Origin: Nitrospirota bacterium
GTDB taxonomy: Bacteria; JACPQY01
Reading direction: 5' to 3'
Assembly (NCBI GenBank): GCA_016180645.1
Contig: JACPAV010000033.1
Coordinates: 62,001 to 95,842 of the forward strand
DNA: 33,842 nucleotides
Below, one piece after another: positions 25,763 to 33,842 of this stretch. Below the pieces are notes generated by a model that was given only the letters and a program-made list of their open reading frames with translations, did not search any database and was not told the origin of the DNA. The stretch's first letter is position 1, and each line of letters begins with the position of its first letter. Made by a program: the position numbers and the translations under genes.

Positions 25763-26371
25763 CTAACCGCGGAGCATCGTGGCTGCGATGTACATTCCTG
25801 CGTTGACGGCGGTGTGGGTAATGAGGGCGGGCCAGAGGCTTCCCGAGCGGTTTTTCAGCCAACCCCAGAAGAATCCGGCAGCCAGTGGTGCAAGGACGCT
25901 GGGAAGCGCCCCTGCCCATCCGACGTAGGCCGCGTAGAGCGGGTAGTGCATCAGGGCAAAGCATGCCGAGGTACGAATGAGACCTGTTTTCGGCTGGAGA
26001 AACCCGCGCCAGTAGTATTCCTCGGCGAACGGGTTTACCAGAATCCAGTACACGCCGAACAGTCCCCATGGCTCCGTCGAGAGAAATGCCTGCATGTCTG
26101 CCGGTGGCTGGAACCCTCGGGATCGTAATAGGAAGCCGGCTACCAGAAACGCGAGAAGGATCAGCGCCGAAGTCGCCAGGGTCAGGATGATCCATCGTGC
26201 GGTGGGCATGGAAGCGAGTCCTGCCTCCCGCATCGAAATCCGGGGAATGCCGATGCAGCCCACGTGATCCGCGATCAGCGTTGGCCACACCATCCCTCCG
26301 CTTGCCAAAGAGGCGACCAGTACCACCACGGGCGGCCACAGCGAAAGAGTCAGGATCGCCATTCCGGGCAT
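25763..26371 (-). CDS. CPBP (Abi/CAAX type II) intramembrane glutamic protease
   Basis: AEEYYWRG (EExxxR), FALMH (FxxxH), THTAVN (HxxxN), multiple TM segments. Confidence 0.88.
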   Translation of the reverse strand: MPGMAILTLSLWPPVVVLVASLASGGMVWPTLIADHVGCIGIPRISMREAGLASMPTARWIILTLATSALILLAFLVAGFLLRSRGFQPPADMQAFLSTEPWGLFGVYWILVNPFAEEYYWRGFLQPKTGLIRTSACFALMHYPLYAAYVGWAGALPSVLAPLAAGFFWGWLKNRSGSLWPALITHTAVNAGMYIAATMLRG

Positions 26372-26487
26372 TTCGACGCGCAGTGTAGCGCATTACGGGT
26401 TGCTCTTGTGGGTCGGGAATCACCCTTGTAGAATTGCCTCTCGAAAGGATACGGTTGGCGACCTACCGGAGGAGCACCACACGCAAA

Positions 26488-27336
26488 GTGAGTAGTGAGT
26501 CTGAGTCATCTAGCGAAAGCGAGAGTCTTCATCCTGAAGGCTTTAGGGATGCCCTTGAATCGATCCGAAAGAGTGTCGTCTTTTTGGGGACGGGTTCGGC
26601 AGAGAAGAATTTCACGCCATGTGCGACCGGATTCCTGGTCGCTTCGATGGGAGTCTTGGTAGTCATAACGGCCAAACACGTAGTGCTCAAGGGCGGGACT
26701 GATGTAATCAACGATGATCTCTTGGTGGCCTTCCGACAGGTTGGAGGGGGCCTGGCTACTCGGAGCGTTCGAGAGATCAAGACCACTTTCAAGGACGAAT
26801 TGGAGTGGGTGTTCCATCCCAGCGAAGATGTCGCGGCCATTCCATTCCTGCACCAGCCCGGCGTCGACGACCTCAAATCCATTCCTCAGGATTTTTGTTT
26901 GGAGAGCAAGAACCTCTGCGGACTTATGCAGGTGTTTTTCCCTGCCTACCAGCCTGGAGCATCTGAGATAGCAGGGATACGGCCCATCATGAGGGTCGGG
27001 CATATCAGCGATATTGGGCCAGGGCGGAAGTTTCTTCTGGATGGGGCAGCCTTTCCTGGGAACAGCGGGTCGCCGGTATTCACTGCCCCGTCGCACATGA
27101 ATCTTGTTTCAGGAATAGGTGGCCCTCGGTTGGTCGGCCTGATTTCCGGTTATCTCACGTATCGAGATGTTGCCGTCAGTGAGCAGACTCAGATGCCGCG
27201 CGTGATGTTTGAGGAGAACACAGGACTTTCAGTATGCTGCACGTATGACGCTATTGACGATGTTCTTACTGGGGAAGAGTTTCAAGTCATGCTCAAGCGA
27301 CTGGCGCCTCTCAGGGGAGTAGAAACTTCCAAGTAG
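26488..27336 (+). CDS. Trypsin-like serine protease, no signal peptide
   Basis: ATGFLV, ITAKHV, EDVAAI, FPGNSGSPVF triad. GTG 26488 follows GGAGGAG (start uncertain). More AT-rich codon usage than neighbours. Confidence 0.85.
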   Translation: MSSESESSSESESLHPEGFRDALESIRKSVVFLGTGSAEKNFTPCATGFLVASMGVLVVITAKHVVLKGGTDVINDDLLVAFRQVGGGLATRSVREIKTTFKDELEWVFHPSEDVAAIPFLHQPGVDDLKSIPQDFCLESKNLCGLMQVFFPAYQPGASEIAGIRPIMRVGHISDIGPGRKFLLDGAAFPGNSGSPVFTAPSHMNLVSGIGGPRLVGLISGYLTYRDVAVSEQTQMPRVMFEENTGLSVCCTYDAIDDVLTGEEFQVMLKRLAPLRGVETSK

Positions 27337-27350
27337 GATTGAGCAAGTGC

Positions 27351-27363
27351 GGGGTCAGGTCTT
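27351..27363 (+). repeat. Solitary GGGGTCAGGTCTT motif related to the 5565 inverted-repeat arm
   Basis: 12 of 13 nt identical to GGGGTCAAGTCTT, located between the protease stop and the TA promoter. Confidence 0.45.
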
Positions 27364-27412
27364 TCATTGTCATATTTGTCTCTGGGATGGAAATGGTGCC
27401 TTTCGCCGGGAG

Positions 27413-27441
27413 TTGAATGTGGTCCTATTTGTGACTACAAT
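27413..27441 (+). promoter_or_regulatory. sigma70 promoter and operator palindrome of the TA operon
   Basis: TTGAAT, 17 bp, TACAAT. Imperfect inverted repeat TGTGGTC-N8-GACTACA (27418-27439) overlaps it. Confidence 0.75.
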
Positions 27442-27447
27442 AAGGGA

Positions 27448-27738
27448 ATGGCGATGATGGATCTATTGCGTGCCGAATACATCGGGGTGCGGACCCTCAA
27501 GACCCATCTCTCAAAATACCTGCGAGGTGATCGACCGGTTGTGGTGACGGAGCGTGGCCGACCCAAGCGTGTCATCCTTGGCTACAACGATGCCGTCGAT
27601 CTTATCGAGATGATGGAAGAAGCTCGCGACAGCGAATGGACCGCCGAGGTTGAACGATCCCGCCGGGCATACCGCAAGGGCGGGGGAGTGCCTTTCCGGG
27701 GGGGCTCACTTCGCCGTCGAGTGGGTCTCGGGCGCTAG
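27448..27738 (+). CDS. Phd/YefM-family antitoxin
   Basis: YIGVRTLKTHLSKYL...PVVVTERGRPKRVIL followed by an acidic helix. Lies upstream of a RelE-like gene. Start is 27448, 27454 or 27457. Confidence 0.88.
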   Translation: MAMMDLLRAEYIGVRTLKTHLSKYLRGDRPVVVTERGRPKRVILGYNDAVDLIEMMEEARDSEWTAEVERSRRAYRKGGGVPFRGGSLRRRVGLGR

Positions 27739-27762
27739 CCGACCTCTCCCTTACCTACGAGA

Positions 27763-28059
27763 ATGGGCCCCTACAGACTGGTCTACGCGGCTGATCGCAA
27801 TCGACGGGCGATCGAGCGGTTCCTTTTGGGCATTCCCAGGAACGAACGCGTGCTTCTTGTGGGCAAACTGGAATCCCTGGCGGTCAACCCTAAACCCGTG
27901 CAGTACAGAATGCTGAGGCCGCCCGTTCCGATCGAGGGATACCTTGCGCCTCATCGACTGCGGGTCGGAGACTACCGGATTTTCTACGACATTGACGAGT
28001 CCGCGAAGACTGTCGTCTTGATCGGCATCCGTCGCAGGCACGAACACACCTACAGGTGA
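27763..28059 (+). CDS. RelE/ParE-family toxin
   Basis: 98 aa, basic. LAVNPKP...HRLRVGDYRIFYDIDESAKTVVLIGIRRRHEHTYR. Confidence 0.92.
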   Translation: MGPYRLVYAADRNRRAIERFLLGIPRNERVLLVGKLESLAVNPKPVQYRMLRPPVPIEGYLAPHRLRVGDYRIFYDIDESAKTVVLIGIRRRHEHTYR

Positions 28060-28130
28060 CCCGGCCGTTCTGAAGACGCGTGCTGAAGCCTGTGGCTGCC
28101 GGAAGGAAGGGAGGTGGACGGGGTGCGGGG

Positions 28131-29216
28131 CTACTTGATGCGGACGCGTTGGACGACGACGCGCTTCCGGGGCGGTTTCGCGACGCCCTTGGACTTCATC
28201 TCGGCCCACTGCTTTTTCGCGACGAGGATCTTTTCCAGCAGCGATTTCGGATAAACTTTGTCCGCCAGTTCGTCCCACACCGGCTGCGTCTTGTTTTTCA
28301 AAACCTGGAGGGCGGCCGGGTCCGGCTTCACGAGCTGGATGCCGTGCTTCAGCATCGCCTCCATGGAGCGCTCCTGGTCGGGCCGTTCAAGCTGGAAGAA
28401 GTAGTCCGAGAGTTCGGAGCTCGTATCAAGGAACACCTGCTGGAGGTCCGCCGGCATTTTGTTCCAGCTTGAATTGTTGATGAGGACGACGCCGGGATCG
28501 TAGTAGAGATTCATGTCGTAGACGTACTTCACCTGCGTGCTCCATTGCATTCCGACGGCGGCGAGTGGACTGGCCGTCACCACGTTCAGAAGCCCTGTTT
28601 GCAGCGAGGGAAGCACTTCGGGAACCGGCGTTTGAATCGGGCTTTCCACGCCGAGGGCCTTGAAGGTGGCCATGCCCACGGGTTCCGTGCTCCAGTTCCA
28701 CACGCGTTGGCCGCGGAAGCCCTCCGGCAATTCGATTTTGTTCTTGGAGTAGGGCAGGTCGAACCCTTCCTCCACCAGGCCGATGAGCTTGAAGCCCTTC
28801 TTGTCCATCAGGGCGTCGATTTCGTTGAAGAGGGAAAGCATCACGTAGTCGGCTTCGTCGTTGTCTTCGAGAAGGAAAGGGAGGCCGAACACGGTCAGCT
28901 CGTTGAGCGCGGAGAAGGTGCCCTTCATGGTGAAGCCGCCCACGTCGAGTTGACCGATGCGGAGCTTCTTGATCATGTCCGGCTCATCGCCGACCACGCC
29001 GCCCATGAAAAGGATATTCTTGATCCGGCCCTTGCTCTTTTCTTCGAGACGCTTTTTCCACATCTCCATCGAATCCGTGTAGGCCGTGCCTTGGGGGGCA
29101 AGCGAGCCCCATCGGAGGGTGACTTCAGGTTTGGGAGCCTGAGCATGGGAGGGTGGAACCGAAGAGGCAAAGAGGGCGGCAAGGAGCAGGCAAAAAGGGA
29201 TGCCTCGAATCAACAT
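28131..29216 (-). CDS. dctP: TRAP transporter substrate-binding protein DctP (TPAT/TatP-like subgroup)
   Basis: Signal peptide. LRWGSLAPQGTAY, GGVVGDEPDMIKKLRIGQLD, PEVLPSLQTGLLN, WNKMPADLQ. Confidence 0.88.
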   Translation of the reverse strand: MLIRGIPFCLLLAALFASSVPPSHAQAPKPEVTLRWGSLAPQGTAYTDSMEMWKKRLEEKSKGRIKNILFMGGVVGDEPDMIKKLRIGQLDVGGFTMKGTFSALNELTVFGLPFLLEDNDEADYVMLSLFNEIDALMDKKGFKLIGLVEEGFDLPYSKNKIELPEGFRGQRVWNWSTEPVGMATFKALGVESPIQTPVPEVLPSLQTGLLNVVTASPLAAVGMQWSTQVKYVYDMNLYYDPGVVLINNSSWNKMPADLQQVFLDTSSELSDYFFQLERPDQERSMEAMLKHGIQLVKPDPAALQVLKNKTQPVWDELADKVYPKSLLEKILVAKKQWAEMKSKGVAKPPRKRVVVQRVRIK

Positions 29217-29347
29217 TCGTGGAATGTAGTCCGAATTGGGTTTGCGGGCAAGCGTGTACTCTCTCCCTCATCGCGGACATCCTCTCCGCCGGAAATGTCG
29301 AGAGTACGGCCGGCATCATGCCGGACCGACCGGCGCGGGGGTCGCCG

Positions 29348-32300
29348 TCAGATGCCGGAGGCCTTCTTCATCTGGAGCCGACGGGCTTTCTCGAAGGCTT
29401 CGTCCATCCTGGCGTATCGAATTTCCCTGTAGCCGCGAACCTCTTCCGGGATTCGGAGCGCGGCCACGGCAGCGTCGTAGTCGGGAAAGGCCCCGACGAA
29501 AAATCCGCCTACCACGTGGTCGAGATACCATTGAGCAAACTGTTTTTCCCGTTCGTGCCAGCCGGGGAGCCAGCGCCGGAGAAAGCGCATGTGCCTCATG
29601 GCGCGAAGCATCCAGTCGCGCGCGTTCACGTTGAACTCGAAATCGCGACCAAACACGGTGAAGCGGGGACGGTTGTAGTGGACGTACCGGACCCGATCGT
29701 GCAGGCCGAGCCCGAGCGCCGCGCGGTCCTTCTCGTATTTCTCGGGTCGGGTGAGTAGGTGGGCCACGTAGACTTCATCTTTGATCAGGAGGACGCGGAA
29801 CAAATTCTCGATCACGGCGCGAGTGGCCGCCCATCCACGATCCGCGGAATCTTTTTCGGAGATCCGCACCACCGTGTGTACGAAGGTCCTTGCCGCATCC
29901 ATTCCATCGAACTCCGTGAGGTCGGCCGTGTATCGGATGAATTTGCGCCGGTCGGATTCCGCGAGCATGAGCCTCGGCAGCGTCTTGTCGATCAGCCGCC
30001 GGAACTCCTGCGATTCGCGCCAGCCCCGGGCGCGGGAGAAGAAGCTCCGTTCGATGGATCGGGCACGCTGTCCCACCCATTCCCGGAGTCCCACCGGCGC
30101 GGGGAGGGACTTCGTCTTGATCCCGTCCAGTGCGGCCGAGCGGCCGATCTTGAATGCGAGCCGGTTCTTTTCCGCCATCTCGTTGGAGAACGTTTCCCGG
30201 AGGGCTTCCGTCAGGTGCGCCTCCCGCAGCGGAAGAAGGCCGAGCTGGTAGGCGTATCCAAGCAAAATGACATTCGAAAAGAGTTTCGATCCCAGGTGTT
30301 CCTCCGCGAGAAGCGAGAGGTTGGCCCGAAGGAGGGTCTTCACCGTCGACGCGAAAAGCCGGTCCCAATCCCCCGGAACGGCCTTGTCGCCGATCAGCAT
30401 TTCGACGGTCAGCATCGGGTGGGTGTTCAACACCGCGGTGCTCTGCGGCCCCGCGTACCGGAGCCCCCGGGCGGCTTCGAGCGACTCCAGGCCGAGCAGA
30501 AGGTCCGCGCTGCCCTCCGGCACCACCGGTGAGTGAACTTGCTCGCGGCGGTCGAGCGTGAGGTGGGCTTCGACGCCGCCGTTTCGAATGGCGAGTCCTT
30601 TCTTCTCCATGAAATGGATCCGGAAACCGTCCTTCTCCGCGGCCCGCGCGAGGATCTGGACCATGAGTCCGACGCCCATGCCACCGACGCCGGCCGCGAC
30701 CATCCGCCAGGGGAACGCGAACGTTTGGAGGGGCACCGGGGCGTCCCGAAGGAGGGGATCGGGAAGGGTCGGCGGTCCCTTCCTCTGGATGACGACCTTC
30801 TCGAACGAGGGACACGCCTTGATCTGGGTGCAGTAGGAGTCGGATACGCAGGTCGACTTGTCGATGGCCACTTTAGTGCCGTAGTCGGTATCCACGAATG
30901 TGAGGCCAGGGCAGGCCGTCGCCTGGGTGCAGGCCAGGCAGAACTCGCAGACCTCCGGAACGATCTGAATGCGCTCTTCCACCGGCAGGTAGCCGTGACG
31001 GTGGATCACCTCGCGCTGCGCGGCGCGTTTGCGGTGGTGAAAGGTGATCCCGCACTCCTTGTCCGAGATGACCACGTGTGTGCCCGTCCGTCGGGTGAGC
31101 GAATCCAGAAGCGTCCGATAGGCCTCGCGGTTCGGCGAGTGCGCGCGATGCACGTCCACACCCGGGCCGAGGCTTTTCACGATCCGTTCGATCTCCTGGG
31201 GGGGGATCCGTTCGCCCATCACGTTCAAGTCGGAGGCGGCCGTGCCTTGATGGCCGGTCATGGCCGTGTTCTTGTTGTCGAGGATGATGTACGTGATGTT
31301 CTGTTTTTCCTTGATCGAGTTCGAGATGGCGAGGAGGCCGCTGTGGAAGAAAGTGGAGTCTCCCATGAGCACCACCTGGGGATTGCTCACGAACGGGTCG
31401 GCACCTGCACCGGCCGCGCCGCCGAGGCCCATGCCGGACATGTTGTGCATCGTTCTGAAGGGCGGGAGATAAGCCATCGAATAACAGCCGATGTCGCCAT
31501 GAAACAAGAAAGGAGCTTCATCACCATGCTCGGTGGTGAGCGCGATCGGATTCTGTCTCCGATCGCCGAGGTCTTTCAGAACCGAGAGCGTCTCCCGGTG
31601 CGGACATCCGGGGCAAAACGTCGGCGAGCGGGGCGGAAGTCCCGTCGCCGCGGACGAACTGTTTCCATCGCGGCCTGAAATTCCCTGGAATGGCCTCCCT
31701 CCTTGCGGTGCGCGCGCTCCGGCTGAACCCCATGAATCCACTCGCGCTTTGCCTTTGATGTCGAAAGGCAGGGTGCCTCCGGAGGGGGGGCTGCTCTGGA
31801 CGGATGCGGTGGGCAGCGCCTTTCCATTGGATCCGGCCATCGCGCGTATTCGCGGCTCGGCGGAGAGCGCTTGCGCGATCGTTCCGGACGAGAGGCCGCC
31901 GGCTTCCGCAAACCCATTCCCGAATTCGAACTGCTTGCCCCAGATATGCACCTCCGTGCGATCTCGAAGGAGGTGCCGAATTTGTGCCTCGATGAACGCG
32001 CCCTTCTCCTCCACCACGTAGATGTGGGAAAGCCCGTCGGCGAATTCCCGCAGAATCGTGGGCTCCATGGGATAGAGGAGGCCGAGCTTGAGGAGGCGCG
32101 GCTTCTCTTCAATCGCGAGCGAACGGAGCGCCTCGTGGAGATAGAGCCAGCAGGCGCCGGAGGCCACGATCCCGAAGCTCGCTTCCTGCGTTTCGGGCAC
32201 GATGTTGTCGATGCCCCTTCGCCGTGCCCAGGCGTGGAGCTTGTCCCGGCGGCCTCTCAGAATGTCCTCTTCATTCCGGTTTGAATTCGGCGGAATATTC

Positions 32301-32950
32301 ACGCGGCGATCCAGACGGATCCGGTGGGTGTCGATGCTGCGCGGCGAACGGGTATCCGCGTGAGGCCGCCGGTTCGGATGAAGCGCCACGGTGGCCCCGC
32401 CTTCCGCCTGTGGCGTGGTGATCCAGTAGCCGGCGATCAATCCGGATTCGCGCGAACCTTCAAGCCCCAACGCAATCCAATCCTTCAGCTCTTGGAACGT
32501 GGACGGCGCGAGGATGGGTATCTGGAGATGGCGGAACAGCCAGCGCGAGTCGGCGCCGACCTGCGTGCTCGAGAGGGCCGGATCGTCGCCCACCACGACC
32601 ATGGCGCCTGCATCGGGCGAGGTGCCCGCGTAATTCGCGATGGCCAGCGCATCCGCCGCTACGTGGAGGCCGACGCTTTTCATGAAGGCCACGGCCTCGG
32701 CTCCTGCGTCCTGCGCGCCGTTCAACATCGCGGCCGCTTGCGCCTCGTTGTTCGCTTGCGCCCCGCGGATGCCGTTCTTTTTCAGGAGCACCGACTGATC
32801 GGCGAGGATCGAGAAGATCTCGGCCACTGGCGAGCCGGGGTAACCTGTGATGAGGCTTGCGCCGGCTTCGAGACAACCTTTGAAGAGAATCTCATTCCCA
32901 TTGAGGAATCGTGTGCCGGATTCGGCGTCGTAGTGATCGCGCCTTGCCAT
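29348..32950 (-). CDS. Fused indolepyruvate-type 2-oxoacid:ferredoxin oxidoreductase (alpha, ferredoxin, beta and C-terminal domain), 1200 aa
   Basis: ATG 32950 lies just after the upstream TAG. GNE, TGYPGSP, MKSVG, FCPGCPH, GDIGCY, TPP motif MGDSTFFHSG...DN, TAMTGHQ, CEFCLAC...CP, AGVGGMG, IKDEVYVA and VRGYREIR. Confidence 0.92.
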   Translation of the reverse strand: MARRDHYDAESGTRFLNGNEILFKGCLEAGASLITGYPGSPVAEIFSILADQSVLLKKNGIRGAQANNEAQAAAMLNGAQDAGAEAVAFMKSVGLHVAADALAIANYAGTSPDAGAMVVVGDDPALSSTQVGADSRWLFRHLQIPILAPSTFQELKDWIALGLEGSRESGLIAGYWITTPQAEGGATVALHPNRRPHADTRSPRSIDTHRIRLDRRVNIPPNSNRNEEDILRGRRDKLHAWARRRGIDNIVPETQEASFGIVASGACWLYLHEALRSLAIEEKPRLLKLGLLYPMEPTILREFADGLSHIYVVEEKGAFIEAQIRHLLRDRTEVHIWGKQFEFGNGFAEAGGLSSGTIAQALSAEPRIRAMAGSNGKALPTASVQSSPPSGGTLPFDIKGKARVDSWGSAGARAPQGGRPFQGISGRDGNSSSAATGLPPRSPTFCPGCPHRETLSVLKDLGDRRQNPIALTTEHGDEAPFLFHGDIGCYSMAYLPPFRTMHNMSGMGLGGAAGAGADPFVSNPQVVLMGDSTFFHSGLLAISNSIKEKQNITYIILDNKNTAMTGHQGTAASDLNVMGERIPPQEIERIVKSLGPGVDVHRAHSPNREAYRTLLDSLTRRTGTHVVISDKECGITFHHRKRAAQREVIHRHGYLPVEERIQIVPEVCEFCLACTQATACPGLTFVDTDYGTKVAIDKSTCVSDSYCTQIKACPSFEKVVIQRKGPPTLPDPLLRDAPVPLQTFAFPWRMVAAGVGGMGVGLMVQILARAAEKDGFRIHFMEKKGLAIRNGGVEAHLTLDRREQVHSPVVPEGSADLLLGLESLEAARGLRYAGPQSTAVLNTHPMLTVEMLIGDKAVPGDWDRLFASTVKTLLRANLSLLAEEHLGSKLFSNVILLGYAYQLGLLPLREAHLTEALRETFSNEMAEKNRLAFKIGRSAALDGIKTKSLPAPVGLREWVGQRARSIERSFFSRARGWRESQEFRRLIDKTLPRLMLAESDRRKFIRYTADLTEFDGMDAARTFVHTVVRISEKDSADRGWAATRAVIENLFRVLLIKDEVYVAHLLTRPEKYEKDRAALGLGLHDRVRYVHYNRPRFTVFGRDFEFNVNARDWMLRAMRHMRFLRRWLPGWHEREKQFAQWYLDHVVGGFFVGAFPDYDAAVAALRIPEEVRGYREIRYARMDEAFEKARRLQMKKASGI

Positions 32951-32951
32951 T

Positions 32952-33596
32952 CTACCGTTTCTCCACCACGGTAACGACCGCCCGGGCCGAGCCGGGTCCG
33001 ACCGATCGGAACCCATGAGGCCGGTTCGAGTCGAACATCAGCGCGTCGCCGGATCGCAAGACCACCGTTTGGTCCGGCGTGCTGAATTCGAGGCGTCCGT
33101 TGAGGACAAAAATGAACTCCTCCCCCTCGTGGTCGAAAAAGGAGACCTCCTCCTTTTCCTTCGGTTCGAATTCGACGAAGTACGGATCCATGATCTTGCG
33201 CGTCTTGAGGTGCCCCAGAGAGAAATATTGGTAGCCCACCGGATGGCCATCTCTTGAGAGCCGCCGATTCACCGGGCGACGATCACGGGCGCGAACCACC
33301 GCGAGGGCGCCGGAAGCCTGCTCCTCGAAAAAACCGACCAAGGGGACCCCGAAGAACCGGCTGATCTTCAGGAGCGTGGGGATGGGGGGTACGACCTGTT
33401 CGTTCTCGATCAGGGATAGGAGGGCAGGAGAGAGCCCTGTGCCGCGCGCCACCGTCTTGAGGATGTATCCCTTGCTGCGTCTCAACCACCGGAGGCGCTG
33501 ACCGATATGTAGATGGTGGACCTCCCGGGCCGGCCCGCTCTTAGCCGCGGTCCGCCCGTTGCCTCGCTCCTGTGACTGACCGTGCCCCTGCGCCAT
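32952..33596 (-). CDS. XRE-family transcriptional regulator with cupin sensor domain
   Basis: IGQRLRWLR...TGLSPALLSLIEN...PPIPTLLKIS HTH; HEGEEFIFVLNG...GDALMFDSNRPH cupin. Confidence 0.93.
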   Translation of the reverse strand: MAQGHGQSQERGNGRTAAKSGPAREVHHLHIGQRLRWLRRSKGYILKTVARGTGLSPALLSLIENEQVVPPIPTLLKISRFFGVPLVGFFEEQASGALAVVRARDRRPVNRRLSRDGHPVGYQYFSLGHLKTRKIMDPYFVEFEPKEKEEVSFFDHEGEEFIFVLNGRLEFSTPDQTVVLRSGDALMFDSNRPHGFRSVGPGSARAVVTVVEKR

Positions 33597-33639
33597 TTCA
33601 GTATGGTTAAATTATATTCGGCACTACTGAAACTGTCAA
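33596..33639 (-). promoter_or_regulatory. Perfect-consensus sigma70 promoter with overlapping inverted repeat (putative XRE operator)
   Basis: TTGACA (33639-33634), 17 bp, TATAAT (33616-33611). TTTCAGTA (33596-33603) and TACTGAAA (33625-33632) bracket the -10. Confidence 0.85.
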
Positions 33640-33842
33640 GCGGATGGGGATCATTCAGACACCCTGCCCTCAATGGCCCCGACCACTCGCACTCCCCCCC
33701 CAGTCGCCCTCAAACTCCCTGATTCACATGATCCCCCGTAGCGGAGCCTTAACCTGAATCCGGCGTGAAGGTGAGTATATCACAGCTGGATTCCTTGCTT
33801 GGCGAGGGGCTAGTGCGTATTCTGAGGGGATGGGCCGTTTCT

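Noticed and set aside
33640-33842. Possible RNA gene or CDS at the window end
   Set aside because: No tRNA, riboswitch or convincing ORF could be recognised; likely a divergent intergenic region.

Overview
GC-rich bacterial window that looks deltaproteobacterial (Myxococcota/Bdellovibrionota-like), judged from three MYXO-CTERM-type sorting tails. From left to right: (1) a partial DEAD-box RNA helicase, divergent from a coupled GT4 glycosyltransferase-GH130 pair; (2) a broken alpha/beta-hydrolase that ends at a 19-bp inverted repeat; (3) a ~10.4-kb minus-strand four-gene surface-protein operon with A-B-B'-A' symmetry; (4) Mrp/ApbC ATPase plus a PCP_red-domain protein; (5) an OB-fold-like protein coupled to an M6 metalloprotease with a MYXO-CTERM tail; (6) an OM beta-barrel, transaldolase, lipase, hypothetical protein, PpiD-like chaperone and SnoaL-like protein; (7) an accessory block with a CPBP protease, trypsin-like protease and Phd-RelE toxin-antitoxin; (8) an XRE-cupin regulator, fused indolepyruvate-type oxidoreductase and an orphan TRAP DctP. 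In block 3, two >1000-aa lipoproteins resemble animal BPI/LBP (TULIP) lipid/LPS-binding proteins, carry Ig-like domains and MYXO-CTERM tails, and flank two paralogous beta-propeller-like lipoproteins. The operon is preceded by candidate sigma54, IHF and sigma70 sites. It is the best candidate for an undescribed system. REP-like palindromes and distinct 7-nt tandem repeats occur throughout, and a heptamer tract sits at the start of each downstream gene of that operon. All calls come from motif reading only; no searches were run.
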